Position numbers and translations under genes: made by a program
Notes under the pieces: model-generated
What the model saw: the letters and a program-made list of their open reading frames with translations, nothing else
Database searches by the model: none
What the model was told of the DNA's origin: nothing
Assembly: GCA_965112155.1 (NCBI GenBank)
Contig: OZ218098.1
DNA length: 64,000 nucleotides
Origin: Podarcis liolepis
Taxonomy: Eukaryota
Direction: 5' to 3' (one strand)
Part shown: piece by piece, positions 13,401 through 26,876 of the stretch
Numbering within the stretch: position 1 is the stretch's first letter
How the letters are laid out: each line of letters opens with the position of its first letter

Positions 13401-14411
13401 TTACAATGGCAGGACAATGATCTTGTCTAAATGATTTCACAGGCTTTTGTTCAGATGCTCTACTTTTAACATTTCAATTTTGTCATTTTGTTGTTACACA
13501 AAAGGTGCACTTCTACAGAATAATGTTGCCAGAATTATCTCAATGAGGAGTAATGGGCTTTTAATGTTTTTCTTTAAAAAAAAAATCGTTAACAACTACA
13601 TTATCCGTGACCTGATCAACATCTTGGTCTATCTCTCCAGAAGGCCAACAGAGAGCTTTGAATCTAATAAAAGCATCTGTTAACTGTAATCTCTCAACAT
13701 TTTAACTGAGAAGGCTCAAGAATATCTATGAAGATATGGATGAGGTTAGTCAAAACTTTGTGGACTAAATTTTAAAAACAGCAATTTATTCGCTGACATA
13801 TCTATTGTGCCAGCAATAACTGCACAAGTAGGTTTGGCTGTCCTGTTTCGGGAATCAACCCTAATGGAGGTTTTGAACTGGTGATCTGGAAGGTGTCTGG
13901 TGGGGTTTCAGCCTTTGCTAATGATATGGGCTTTAGGTAATAGGCCACACCAACCCAAGATACTTTCTACACCATTGAATTATAACATTCTGATCCCTAT
14001 AAAACACTGTCAGCTGAGGCTGGTCTGCTGATTAGAGGCACTTGGAGACTCTTCCTGCCTATGGACCATCTTCATCTTTATACTCCTCCCACTCTGCCTT
14101 TGCTCTGCCTTGACTCTTCCACTGCATAGAAGCATGCCATGATCCTGACTGTCACTGTCCTTTCTTCTTAAATGGAGAGGGAGGGGAAATCCCCATTACA
14201 GAATTCAGACTCACTTAGCTTCACTTGTAGTTTGACCCTGAGAAATAAATTTCACTGTGTTTAGTTGGGTTGCTCCCAGGGCTTAATACCACTGCACAGG
14301 ATTGTAGCCTAGAGAGACAGAAAGGGTCATTTGTGACATACTGTACCTACACTGAACTTAAGCTATATGCAAGGGCTTAGATCGTTTACCTCTTTAGGAA
14401 GAAATGCATGA

Positions 14412-14756
14412 AGGTGATGCTGTGGGTGAAACCACAGAGCCTAGGACTTGCCGATCGGAAGATCGGCGGTTTGAATCCCGCGACGGGGTGAGCTCCCATT
14501 TCTCGGTCCCTGCTCCTGCCAACCTAGCAGTTCGAAAGCACATCAAAGTGCAAGTAGATAAATAGGTCCCGCTCCGGTGGGAAGGTAAACAGTGTTTCCG
14601 TGCGCTGCTCTGGTTCGCCATTAGTCTGGTTAGTCATGCTGGCCACATGACCCGGAAGCTGTACGCTGGCTCCCTCGGCCAATAAAGTGAAATGAGTGCC
14701 GCAACCCCAGAGTCAGCCACGACTGGACCTAATGGTCAGGGGTCCCTTTACCTTTC
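14412..14756 (+). mobile_element. Sauria SINE
   Basis: B-box-like GGTTTGAATCCC, body, GGGGTCCCTTTACCTTT tail. Confidence 0.9.
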
Positions 14757-15871
14757 TCCTAATGAATGAGCAGAAGCTTTACAATATTACTTGCCTTTTC
14801 AACAATATAAGGACTTTTTGGCAGGGCATCTGAGGGTAAATCCACTATGGCACAATAACCTGGAAGTGTTGGCTGCTGCTGCTGCCCTAAAACATACCCA
14901 ATGTTGTTAAACTATTAAGGTACTGCCTAAAACATTTTCTCCATAAGAACAGCTACAGAGCAATATGTCTGTTTTGAAATTTGCCTCAAATTAGTTATTT
15001 CTTCTTTGAGCATATTGGAGTCCAGTGACTTTAGAAGTATAAACATTTCTGCAAGTGCATAAGGGCAGGCTAAACACTGAAAGCACAGGCCCAGAGTTTA
15101 CATTAGAGACAAAATTGACATAAAACAGATAAGAATGTTGAATATTATATTTTACTATATAATATTTGTGTACACACAAAAAAGGCACCACGCTGTAGTT
15201 CACATGGCCTCCAGTAGGTGGCCAAACAACTGTAGCATGACAACAGCAGGCAGAACAAGCGAGCTAAGCAGGCAAGAGGGCACCATGAGTGGGCAGGCTG
15301 GCATAGCAAGTAAGCGAGTAGGCAAGCAGGTGGCCCAGGCAGGCCTTCCAAAGTTCCCCATGTCATTGCCACTCCTACCCACCTGCCCACAACAGGGCAA
15401 GGGAACAATCCAGGGTCTGAACAATCCAGGGTCCCAGCTAAGTGAGAAAGGGGTCAAGCAAAGCAGGTGAGCAGACAGCTGGGGAGCCAGGCCAGGCAGG
15501 CCTTCATGTGCTCTCTGCTGACTTGAAATGTAGCGAGGTCATTTCTCCCCGTTGCATTTCAAATCGTATTTGCATGTTGTTGTACACATCAGTACAGTTG
15601 GATATGTCATCCCCTGTCCACACCAGAGGGCAAGGAGGAGGCAGGGATGTCCTTCCACAGCATGTGTGTGGGAAACACATCAAGATACACATTTCTCAAT
15701 AAACCACAAGATAAATGTGGATTGTGATCATCAGTGTGCATACACAGTTTCACAAACCAGATATGGAAATGCCCTGGATACAGAGAAAATGGGAGGGTGA
15801 GCACAGCTTTAGTTTATTTGCCAGTGGGCTAAGTGAGGAATGGCTATAATTTACCATTCAAAGAGAATAAA

Positions 15872-16287
15872 ATTGTAGGGTTGGAAGGGTCATCTAGTCC
15901 AACCCTTGTAATGCAACAATCTTTTGCCTAATATTGGACTGAAACCCACAATCCTGAGTTAAGAGTCTCAGTGTGGTGTAGTGGTTAAGAGCGGTAGTCT
16001 TGTAATCTGGTGGTGTGGTGGTTAAGAGTGGTTAAGAGCAGTAGACTCATAATCTGGGGAACCGGGTTTGCGTCTCCGCTCCTCCACATGCAGCTGCTGG
16101 GTGACCTTGGGCTAGTCACACTTCTTTGAAGTCTCTCAGCCCCACTCACCTCACAGAGTGTTTGTTGTGGGGGAGGAAGGGAAAGGAGAATGTTAGTCGC
16201 TTTGAGACTACTTAAAGGGAGTGAAAGGCGGGATATCCAATCCAAACATTTCTTCTTCTTCATGCTCTACCAACAGAGCTATCCCAG
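15872..16287 (-). mobile_element. tRNA-Lys-derived SINE with CR1-like 3' end, split by the 15971-16260 SINE
   Basis: Minus strand reads CTGGGATAGCTCTGTTGGTAGAGCATG|AGACTCTTAACTCAGGATTGTGGGTTTCAGTCC ... GGGTTGGACTAGATGACCCTTCCAACCC. Confidence 0.65.
15971..16260 (+). mobile_element. tRNA-derived squamate SINE with (CTT)n tail (Squam/POMSINE-type), duplicated 5' head
   Basis: GTGTGGTGTAGTGGTTAAGAGC A-box region repeated; matches 27417-27727 in reverse. Confidence 0.8.
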
Positions 16288-16754
16288 TCTAACGTAATCT
16301 GAAGCCTCCTCAGTATCAAAACATATGAATATGAAGCACTTTGAGGTATTTATTTTCAGCACACATTTATAAATTTTACTAGAATAGGATGTACATGCCC
16401 TGTGGCTGTTATCGCGAGCCAGGTAATGAGGCCAAGAGTCGGAGACTTCAAGGTCAGGAGCTTACCATCTCTCTCCTCTGGAGTTATAATCCAATAGATG
16501 TTCAGATCTGTGATCTGGCATCATACCACAAAACTCACTCACTGTTATACTGCGAACACTCTTTGCCAGGGCTGGATTATAGGATGCAGAGGACTTGTGA
16601 ACCGCATCCTGGAGTTCCCGTTCATGGGCACTCTTCATTCCCTAAGCAGGGAGATCAATTGAGTTGAGGCCCAATGCTACTGAGCATTCAGCATAATAGT
16701 TAATCTGGAGTGTTAAGGCTAAATAAATGTCAACAGATTTCAATTTACCTCAAT

Positions 16755-17010
16755 CAGGGCTGTAGCTAGGGGGTGGTGAGGTGGGCTTCCACCAGGGGCG
16801 CAGACGGTTGGGGGGGGCACAAAATTGGCTTTAAAATATGTCCATAAATATAAATATTGATTACTGTCTCATAAGAAATGGTTTTAAATAGAGGGTGAAT
16901 TGAATGGAGGGGGGGAGGAGAGGTGGAAAGAAGCGCTAATTTGTCTGTGGCTTGGGGGAGCAATCTGGCCGGTTCGGCCAGGGGTGCAAGATCACCTAGC
17001 TACAGCTCTG
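16755..17010. mobile_element. hAT MITE
   Basis: TIR CAGGGCTGTAGCTAGG / CCTAGCTACAGCTCTG (15/16); flanks ACCTCAAT / ACCACGAT (6/8). Confidence 0.75.
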
Positions 17011-17941
17011 ACCACGATTTGTTCCAGTTTAGGATCTGGCCCATGTAATGCTTATATTGGCCATAATATTTAAAGACCTTTGTGGTTTCTTCGAAAGGTT
17101 CACAACATTCAGGCCCCTGACCTGCTCCCACCAGTACCATTACATCCTTTTCAAAGTTCATTCATCTCTGAAACATCTGAAGCCTAACTTTTTCCCATTT
17201 ATAATGTACTGTCTTTGTTGATAACTTTTTCCCCTAGTAATTCCATTATCGCAAATCACAGGGTTGCCAAATATTCAAGGATCAGGAGATCACGGGTTGA
17301 CAAGTAGCAGATGTACATAAGAGGTTTTAAGTGACATACATTTATCCCCCTCATCATTCCTGTCTCCTCCCCCCAACAACAACAAAAAATGTACCTATAT
17401 TCACAAAGCCAGACGTAATTTGTACAAGGGGGTTTGGAGGGGGGGGAATCTTTCCCGCTGCACCCACCATTTGGACCATTTTTTATTCGCAGAAGAATCA
17501 AGAAAAAATTTAAAAAGGAGAATTCTAAGAGGTTTCACGCAAGCTGTTTCTGTTTAAGGACAGAAGTTTTCTGCTGAAATGCGAAGCATAATTGGGATGT
17601 CTTTGAGTGCAGCAAAAGCTGTAGGCAAACCAAACAGTTTCTTTGTAATACCACCACTGTAGGCTTGTTTGAAACACTATAGCATCTTCAGACTATAATT
17701 ATCGCCTTTGTTGTTTTGTGGATTCAAAAGATAATAGAAGCTGTTTGTAAAAATTTACACACCACCAACATATCACATAGGAAACAGAGACACAGCGGCA
17801 TGGACCAAATATCCTTTTTTACAAAAAGCCCCCAAACCCTGGACTGTTTCATTAAGATACATGGCCGGAGGGGTGGGGGGCGGGATCAGAAGCATCACAT
17901 ATTATTTAGAGACAGAATCAAGTAAAAAGGCTTCAACTTAC

Positions 17942-18030
17942 CTTGTTAAGTTTTGATAGCCACAGAACAGATCCCACTAGCTCTGTGAGTCTCTGGCTAT
18001 ATTGCCTTAGTTGCAGTTACCTGCACGGTC
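17942..18030 (-). other. Candidate non-coding exon (89 nt) of an unidentified minus-strand host transcript
   Basis: Acceptor TTTTCTCTCTGTCGTTCTAG|G and donor AAG|GTAAGT; stops in all three frames; repeat-free surroundings. Confidence 0.5.
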
Positions 18031-21000
18031 CTAGAACGACAGAGAGAAAATATGAACAGAACACAATATATAAACAATGAGCAGTGGGAGAAAACAGATT
18101 CCTTAGCTGTGGTGTACATGAATCTGCCCTCCTTTCCACCTCTTCAAAGACAAACCGTTCCATCCAGTCCCTTCCACAGATGGATTGACAGCCGGATACG
18201 TACATCTGTGTGTATCTGTTGCACAGGTGTTACAGATTGCATTTGCCAGCTAGACAACCGGTAACTAGATTGCGTGAGGGTTGTTTTTTCTTTTTCCAGG
18301 GCAGGGGGAAAAGATCACCTACAGTTGTTTGACAGAAAGAGAGAGGGTAGCCCTCACGGTGTTAATTTATCGGTTTACTCGTCTTCGCCACCTTGCTGTT
18401 TGGCTTCACCCTTTGAGGTGCAAAGAGAGGCAGATGTGGTATCTGGCAGGCTTTCAATATATATCTCCCTCCACCCCCCTCTCTCCTTAAGGTACACATA
18501 GGAGATTTCAGAGAGGAAAGTCTTATTTCCACCAGAAAGAACACAGCCGTTGGAATTAAAGATGCCCTTTGAACACAGAGGAATGCCGGCAATGTTTATG
18601 AGGGAAAACAATGACTGCTTTTGATACCTTTGTTTCAAATTAAAGGAGTCATGGTGGTCTACATACTACACGTGATATAAATAAGTTTCTGTCAGTAATC
18701 AAGTACACTGTGTTTGTCTGAGCATTAAGAAACAGTCGTTTAAGGTTCTTTGTATGTACCTCTGCCCATGGGATTATGCAATCTGTATCATTCATAACTC
18801 CATGAGCACGCACACACACACGCACAAACATAGAGAATATTGTGTCATAGGGGCTTAGGATGCAAGGGGAAAAAACCCTACTGTTCTTAATATAGTGGGG
18901 TTTTTTTCCAGGGCAGGCACACAGTTCTTTGAAAGAGAAGTGTTCGCTAGCATATTCTTTATACTTCCAACTTGTAATTTTCCAAAACTTAAGAGTTTCA
19001 ATCACACAGCCTGGAGCTAGGGCCTAACCTACCTAGGTTGGTCGTTTGTGAAAGTTTAGGCCTAAGCTTTTGATTTAACTCAGATCAGCTGATGAAACAG
19101 AGTGCTCCAAGCAGAAGGAGAAGGAACAGAAATGTAACATAGATCCTTGTGGGATCTTCTAATCAACTTTTGCATCCTGCATAAGAAAAAGCTCCGTTTA
19201 ATTTTAAAGACAACATTTTATTCCATCAACAAAAGTCAGCATACTTGCAGATCTGTCTCTGCTAGTTACACAGCAGTAAATTTATTTAGGTAATATTGAG
19301 TCTTCTTCCTGTTGTTGTCATTTCCATTTTTGTCCTACATAAGCTTATGCCATCCCTTTCCTTTATCCTAACAACCACCTTGTGTATTAGTTAGGCTAAG
19401 AAATAGTGACTGGACTAACGTCACCCCATATGTTTTACAATATAGACCACACAGAGTCAAATCATTGGTCCATCTATTGCAGGGATGGGGAGACTGTGAC
19501 CCTCCAAATGTTGCTGGCCTACAATTCCCATCAGCCCCAGCCAGCATGGCCAGTGCTCAGAGATTATGGGAGTTGTAGTCCTGGGACATCTGGGACAGCC
19601 TCCCTGTCCCTCTTCTATTGTTTGCACTGACCTGCAGGAGTCCTTCTCCAGTCCTGTCTGTACACTGAACCTGGGAGCTTTGTGTGCTCTGTTGCTGAGG
19701 TTACTTTTATATATCTGAATGGGGATTTGAATCTGGCTCTCTCCAGTCGTAGTCTGACACTCTAGTTTACTACATCATGTTGTTTCACATTCCAGGCACT
19801 GAGGAAACAGTCAGAGTCATGTATATTAGACCAGGCTATATTGGGGGGGGGGGGAGAGAACTAATAGTTTTCTCCTGGGTATCTACAAATTGAATGCAAA
19901 ACTCTCCCAAAGTGAGTGGTTTGCAACCACTTCCCATAGGTGTTAAATGACAAGGGCACGTCATGCCCAATGAATTCAGAGAGGGACATTTTCAATGACA
20001 GGCACTTGAGATGAAGGTCATTTACCTTTGAGCTAAAAGTCCACTTGCAGGTTGACTGCTATGTAATCTGTCTCTCTCTTTTTAGAACCCCTTAATTCAG
20101 AGTGTTACAATTTTCCTGATGACACTTAGCTTGGAGATGGGCACGGCAGAACTGGCAGGCTGGAAGATTGCCTAATGTGCTGTGACTGATGTGTAATCAA
20201 AGTTAGCCACCGGTGCACATGTCTAAACTGGGAGGGGGTGAATATGACACCTTTCAATGTAGCTGCCATGACATCTGGCTGCTCTGCAAACACTTCTATA
20301 AAGGTGCAGGGTAGGTTTTGATAGGTGAGATCCATGGAGGTCACCTGTGACCAGCTTGCTGGAAAACAGCCACTAAACATTAGCATCTGTGCACTTTGGA
20401 CTTCAGGATGTTCTCGTCTTATCAATGATACTGAATTGTGACCTGCTGGCCATTTCACTTCCTCAGCACGTCCACCTTTCAACTGGTGAAATGGATTGCT
20501 GTTTGTTCCATTTTAAGTAGGTCATGCCTTCAGTCTATCATAGACGTTTCCATGTTGTTTTGCCCAGTATGCTGTCCAGGCAACTTGTGACCCATTCTAC
20601 CAAGGATGGCTTTCCAGGTGTTGCTGAACTACAACTCCCATCATCCTTGCTGACTGGGGCTGACAGTAACATCTGGAAGGCTACAGGTTCCCCAATCCTC
20701 ACTTCAGTTAACAAAGCCCACCAGCCATGTATGGTGGTCTAACAGATGCATGAGAAGCCTTTTTCTCTTTTGCAGGCAATAATAACTGCAGGTTAATAGA
20801 GTCACTTTGGGGAATGGGCTGGTTCAGCTATGTGGGCCTTAACATGCAGGAATTACGCTGTGCGGATTTCCCCCTGTTATTAACTATTATTATTCAAAAA
20901 CAAATTTGTGTAGCATTTAATGCCGAAACAAACTTCCATAGAAGCAGTTCAAAATGATAAAAAGCCAGTTACACAAATATCAAAAAATCCACAAAAATGA

Positions 21001-21407
21001 AAAAACCTCCCGAAAACATTTTAAAATATGGACATCCAAAGTTAAAATACACAGCCCAAGAATCCCATTAATACAACACAGAACTTAAAACAGAAGACTC
21101 AGGTTAAAATACCTGATAACGTTTCTGAGCCAGTAAGCCAGAATGATGTGAGATTAGGCAAAGCAGTGAGGAGCCTGGAAAGTCTGGCTGCTGGTTCAGA
21201 CCAAAGGGCCACCTAAATCGAGCCCCCTGCTTCCCACAGTAGCCAAGAGCAGAAGCCACCAGGTAGCCCACAAGCTGTGTATGAAGGGCCTCCATCAGTG
21301 TTGCTACCCCAGCAACTGGCATACACATGGAGGTTCATCTGAGCCACAATGTACTCCATGAAAACACCAGTGTCCTGTTCGAAGCAACATCATCACTGAA
21401 AGTGTAT

Positions 21408-21551
21408 GTTACAGATAGGTAGCCGTGTTGATCTGCCATAGTCAAAATAAAAAATTCCTTCCAGTAGCACCTTAAAGACCAACTAAGTTAGTTCTTGGTA
21501 TGAGCTTTCGTGTGCATGCACACTTCTTCAGATACACTGAAATAGAAGTTG
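21408..21551 (-). mobile_element. Penelope-like element terminal fragment
   Basis: Near-identical reverse complement of 39136-39235; contains the hammerhead motif. Confidence 0.75.
21498..21535 (-). ncRNA. Minimal type-I hammerhead ribozyme (identical second copy)
   Basis: Exact reverse complement of 39153-39190. Confidence 0.72.
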
Positions 21552-22105
21552 AAAGTGTATGTAACTCTTATCTTATTGTAGTAAAGTGTAGAAAGGTGGA
21601 GTGTAATTTTCTTGTTTTTTCTCCTCCTTTCTCCCCTTTTGTTTTTTTGGGGGGAGGCAAAACCTGTCATGTTGTGTGTATATGTGCGCTGCTGCTTGGA
21701 GCATGAGACGAAAACCTAACTGTCAACAAAAGGTGTTTTGTTTTGTCACCCACAGCTGCTCTCATCCTTCTGGCAGGCTCCAAACTTATCACAGTTTCCT
21801 TCCCCATTATCAGAACCTTTACTCTCTTCTGCAGTTACCCTTGGTGCTATTTTGGAATCTCACTCATCATAAGGCATTTGCATTTAAGTCCTTGGGGCTT
21901 AGGGAAGAAAACAGTGTTGCTCTAGCCTAAACATCAGGTTTGAAATACCTGCTGTCTACGATATAAGGAGCTATTTTTTACTGGAAGATAAGGAGCTAGG
22001 AGACAAATCAGACCGTTGCATCTGTCGTGCAATAGCTCCAAAGGTTAGCTAGCTCTTCTAGCCCCAACAGGACAGAATTTACCCAGCACTTCTGCTTTGC
22101 TTTAA

Positions 22106-22450
22106 GGGTGGTGCTGTGGGTTAAACCACAGAGCCTAGACTTGCCGATCAGAAGGTCGGCGGTTCGAATCCCCGTGACGGGGTGAGCTCCTGTTGCTCGG
22201 TCCCTGCTCCTGCCAACCTAGCAGTTCAAAAGCACATCAAAGTGCAAGTAGATAAATAGGTACCACTCCGGCAGGAAGGTAAACGGCGTTTCCGTGCGCT
22301 GCTCTGGTTCACCAGAAGCAGCTTAGTCATGCTGGCCACATGGCCCAAAAGCTGTACGCCGGCTCCCTTGGCCGATAAAGCGAGATGAGCGCTGCAACCC
22401 CAGAGTCGGCCACGACTGGGCCTAATGGTCAGGGGTCTCTTTACCCTTTT
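22106..22450 (+). mobile_element. Sauria SINE
   Basis: B-box GGTTCGAATCCC, full body, tail. Confidence 0.9.
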
Positions 22451-22665
22451 ATACATACGTTCCTTCCCCCAACCCTAGTGTGGGTTTATGGCATAATTGT
22501 CATGCTCACATTTCTGTAGGCCTCTTAAAAGGAATCCTTTACTCTTTAATAAGGTGTGTATGTATCCTGGATTTTTAAACTAGAAAATGCAAGGGGTTGA
22601 ACCTGCACAGGGCTTGAAAACAGCAAGGGGAGATAACTTTCTCCTCTAGCACTCATGTCCTGCTT

Positions 22666-23020
22666 GAAAGGAAAGAAAGGGACCCCTGACCACTAGGTCC
22701 AGTCGTGGCCGACTCTGGGGTTGCGGCGCTCATCTCGCTTTATTGGCCGAGGGAGCCGGCGTACAGCTTCCGGGTCATGTGGCTAGCATGACTAAGCCGC
22801 TTCTGGCGAACCAAAGCAGCGCACGGAAACGCCATTTACCTTCCCGCCGGAGCGGTACCTATTTATCTACTTGCACTTTGACGTGCTTTTGAACTGCTAG
22901 GTTGGCAGGAGCTGGGACCAAGCAACGGGAGCTCACCCTGTCCCGGGGATTCGAACCGCCGACCTTCTGATCGGCAAGTCCTAGGCTCTGTGGTTTAACC
23001 CACAGCGCCACCCATGTCCC
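22666..23020 (-). mobile_element. Sauria SINE, full length, CpG-rich (young)
   Basis: Reverse complement of 22106-22450 family; intact B-box. Confidence 0.9.
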
Positions 23021-23249
23021 TACATGTCCTGCTTAGTTTTTGCTTTTTTACACCATCAATTTATCACTTAGGCCACTTCAGTGTTACCAGCCTTTTGAAG
23101 TCTCAATACATAGTATTCTCTTGAAATTTAACTGCCTCACAGGTTCACCCCCTATATCAGGCTAGATTGATCTATATCAAAACAATTTAATCAATTTTCC
23201 AATGGTGCTTCCAAGTGGAGGCATTGCTACAGCACACCAGGATGGAGAA

Positions 23250-23303
23250 GTGGTGGTGGTGGTGGTGGTGGTGGAGGAGGAGGAGGAGGAGGTGGTGGTG
23301 GTG
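23250..23303. repeat. (GGT)n(GGA)n(GGT)n microsatellite
   Basis: Direct reading. Confidence 0.9.
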
Positions 23304-24371
23304 AGGTCATCCCAGAGTGAAACAGCTGGAAGAGTCAATCCAGGGCTCTTGCCTGTGTGTTCCCATTACATTCAGACTTAAAACTAGGTTATTCCTATGG
23401 GACAGAATACAGCTGAAATTTAATTCTTTGAAAAGTAAGTTAGCTTTGTAAACCATTTAAAAGAATATATCGGTATCTGTTTTTATCCACTCTGTCCTAT
23501 ATACATTTCCTGTTCTAAACTCACTTGCAGTGAAAAAGAGAGTAAGGACTGACCAACTGTTTTCATTTAGGAATTCAGAGGAAATTCCTATGTTTCCAAG
23601 GATTATGAGCATGGGTCTTTTAATGTTGCTTCCTCTGGCATGTTTTGGGTGATTGCTTCTGATGTTACTTTTAAAACTTTAAAACATGAACAGGTTGTAG
23701 TTTGATCGAGAAATCATCAGCAATAGGTTCTACTGCAAATGCAGACTTCAGGTAGTTTCATGTGTGCATTTTGCATACCTTTTCTCTCCAGGTCAGAAAT
23801 ATAAATGTGTGAATGTAGATCCCATCATGTCTGCATACTGCACTTGTAGAAATCTCCCCTGAAACTGCTTTTTGCAGTTGGTGTAAAATGGTGTGTGCTT
23901 ATTAACCAGTTATTGACATTCACCAGTAAAGGATAATTTCAGACATTAGCTTGCAACAAATCCACATTTGCCACTGAGTATGCCAGGGGTTCTTCAACAA
24001 GTGTACCTGTGGCACATAAATATTGCTATAGATTTGGGGTAAACCCTAGAAATTAATAAATGCCAGGTTTTGATTGGGGAATGAATTATTAAAACATAAA
24101 CTGCAGGGCTGTGCCAGACTAGGAATTCCTGGGCTGGGTTATGCAGATCAGCCTGGCCAAGCTAGGGTAGTTAATAGGATTTAAAATGTAACTTAACAAA
24201 ACTTTGCCATGATTGGAGTCCCTACAATCTACAGATGAAGCTGATTAGGCAAAAGGATTATCCTCAGCAGGAACCCTCTTCCTTCAGAAATCTTTGTGCA
24301 AGGAGTTCCCCAGGAGTCTTTCCTGTTACCATCTTCACAGCCTAAAGAGATTACTCTGCTGTCTCCTAAGC

Positions 24372-24804
24372 CAGAGGTGGAGCTAGCTGCTCCGGCACCC
24401 GGGGTAAGCATCCTGGGTGGCAAGCTGCCCATGGGGGGCTGCTTCCTGGGCAGGGGGAAGCCATGTCACTTTGCCATCAGCCTTCCTCCCTTCCCTCTTC
24501 CTTTTGACAGCTTGGGGGAGGCTTCTTCCCCTCAGGAAGCAGCCTGGGAGCAGGGGTCAACAGCGTACTGCCCGCCTGTGACTCCCAAGCCTCCCCTGAG
24601 CTGTCAAAATGAAGGGGTAAGGGGGGAAGACCACCGGCAAGGTGGCGCAACTCCACCCCTTCCCTCAATTGCTCGGGGTAGGCTTGGGAGTTGTGGGCGG
24701 GTGGCGCACCAAATGTTGTGGGCGGGTGGCGCACCAAATGTCACCCCCTCAGTGATGACACCCGGGGTGGACCGCCCCCACCACATCCCCTTCCACCACC
24801 CCTG
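24372..24804. mobile_element. hAT non-autonomous element, 433 bp, GC-rich
   Basis: CAGAGGTGG ... CCACCCCTG; perfect TSD TCCTAAGC (24364-24371, 24805-24812). Confidence 0.85.
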
Positions 24805-26840
24805 TCCTAAGCCACCATTTCAGAACCCAAAACAGAGCCAAGATCTGCCCAGCACTACCTGAGCCAACATCTGAAAAATTAGGCAAGGCTTCTTTAAAGC
24901 ACAACAGACTTTCTCAGGAATGGTGTTTATCAACCTTCAGGGGTTGCAGATCTGTGTCTGATTTCCTTGGATGCTCGTGTTTTGTCTGAAACGCCACTTG
25001 GCCCACTTGAGCTCTCCAAGTTCCTTCTCCCTGGCAGAAACTAGATGAGATGGTGGTGCAAGAACATAGACAAAATACTCTGAATCCCACAGAACATAGT
25101 GAGATTTACTTCCAAGTGCACAGTGCACTCATATCTGAGAGGAAGTCCAATTGAACTCAGTAAGATGTATTTCTGGGGAAACATGCATAGTAGGATGATA
25201 TGACTCACAAACCTCTCCCTGGTTGACTATTTACAGTGTGGCTGTGAACATGGTTGGAGTCCATTGAAGCCCATCACCTAAGCTTCTTTCATATATGCCT
25301 TAACTGGCATGAGGTTACTTTAAATGCGCAAGTAGGACCTTAGAGAAATACCACCTATTGGAAACTATAAGGCTATGGCAATGTGTTGACTAAAGTACTT
25401 GTTAGATTCAAGCTACGTCTTCTCTGCAGGCACGATCATGCAGAACTATGTAAAACAGTATTTCCATCTATTAGAACATCTGATTTTCAAATGTTGCTCA
25501 AATAGTTTTAGCTCAGCACATTTAAATACTAGTCATCCATGACAATATGAGTTTATTTTGCTATCCATGGTACACATGTCTCATGAGAAACTAGGTTGCA
25601 AACTCCATGCCTCTCCCACCCCACCCCAATCCCTTACTTTGGAGCTAATTGAAATAATCTTCTTGCTGTTGTCTCCACTATTGCATTTCCCTTTCCTTTC
25701 GCCTCAGGAATTTGGAAAATCTTAGGCTGAAGTTTGGTTGCTTACAGATTTCTCAAGACCTTGATATGAAACTGGATGCCTGAGACGCTAAAGTTAATTC
25801 CAGTATTGTTGGAGGCAAGCCTTTTATTTATTTAGTGGCAACAAAAAACTCCACGCGGTTCAGAGTACAATCCATCACTGGCACTGTCATACTAAAGTCC
25901 GTTCCTCCCACACATAGGCACATCACCTCAAGTCCTCTCTCAAGTCCATAAATTCTTTACCAATTCAAGGAAAGAAGCCATAGATATCTCTCTCAGTCCA
26001 AGACCAACAACCAGTTCTTCCCTGGATATAATGATATAAGCACAGGCATCTGGCGGTCGTTCCATGGGGGACCGAACACAATATTTTCTATTATACAGTT
26101 AGTCACCTGAGGCACCAGATGCCTACTTGTTTTGTATCTGAGAGTGTGTGTTCAGGTCCCCTTACTACAGAGCCACCTGTGCAACCTATTTAGCACACAA
26201 CAGTGATTTCTGCTGCCACTTGAACACAACTACATGCCCATCCAGACTGAAAATAACTCTGCCAGGAAAAAGATTAGTCAACCTTAGCATGACCCTTTCA
26301 CTTGCCACAATAACATTTGCAGCCTGGTTTTTCTCCCAGCTTGAATGTGTAATCACTTGTGCAGTTACAGTGTCTAAATTAAAACCTATTTGGATTTATC
26401 ATCAGCAAAGTACTATCATCTGAGATTTTAATCTGTATTTTTATTTGTACTTTACAGCTGCACAAGTGTCTTAAGAAGTATCTGGGTGCTTGTGAGCAAG
26501 CCCTGAAAAGGCTACAAAATGTGTGTCGAGGTTCCTGTAGTCCACAGCAAAAAGATCCTAAGTTACGCAAAGGAAGGAAGGAAAGTGAGATTCTCTAGAA
26601 TAAAAGATTCAAATGGCACCTGCTACTTGGAATAAATACATACCAGGCAAATTGGATTGACTGTCCTCATTTGTTGGTGGATAACCCGAAGTACTGTGGT
26701 AGCAGAACCAATAAACTGAAACTGACACAGGGACAAATAGAGGAAGACACCCCTTAAAGGCTCCCCTTTATCACATACACAGCCCAACAAGATGACAAGA
26801 ATCCGCCAACAGCATACGAATCAATCTGGCTAACCTGATT

Positions 26841-26876
<36 letters not shown>

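Noticed and set aside
15930-16290. tRNA genes
   Set aside because: tRNA-like heads run into SINE bodies and tails and are degenerate or interrupted
24296-24862. 188-aa ORF
   Set aside because: Spans a TSD-flanked GC-rich MITE; no recognisable domain
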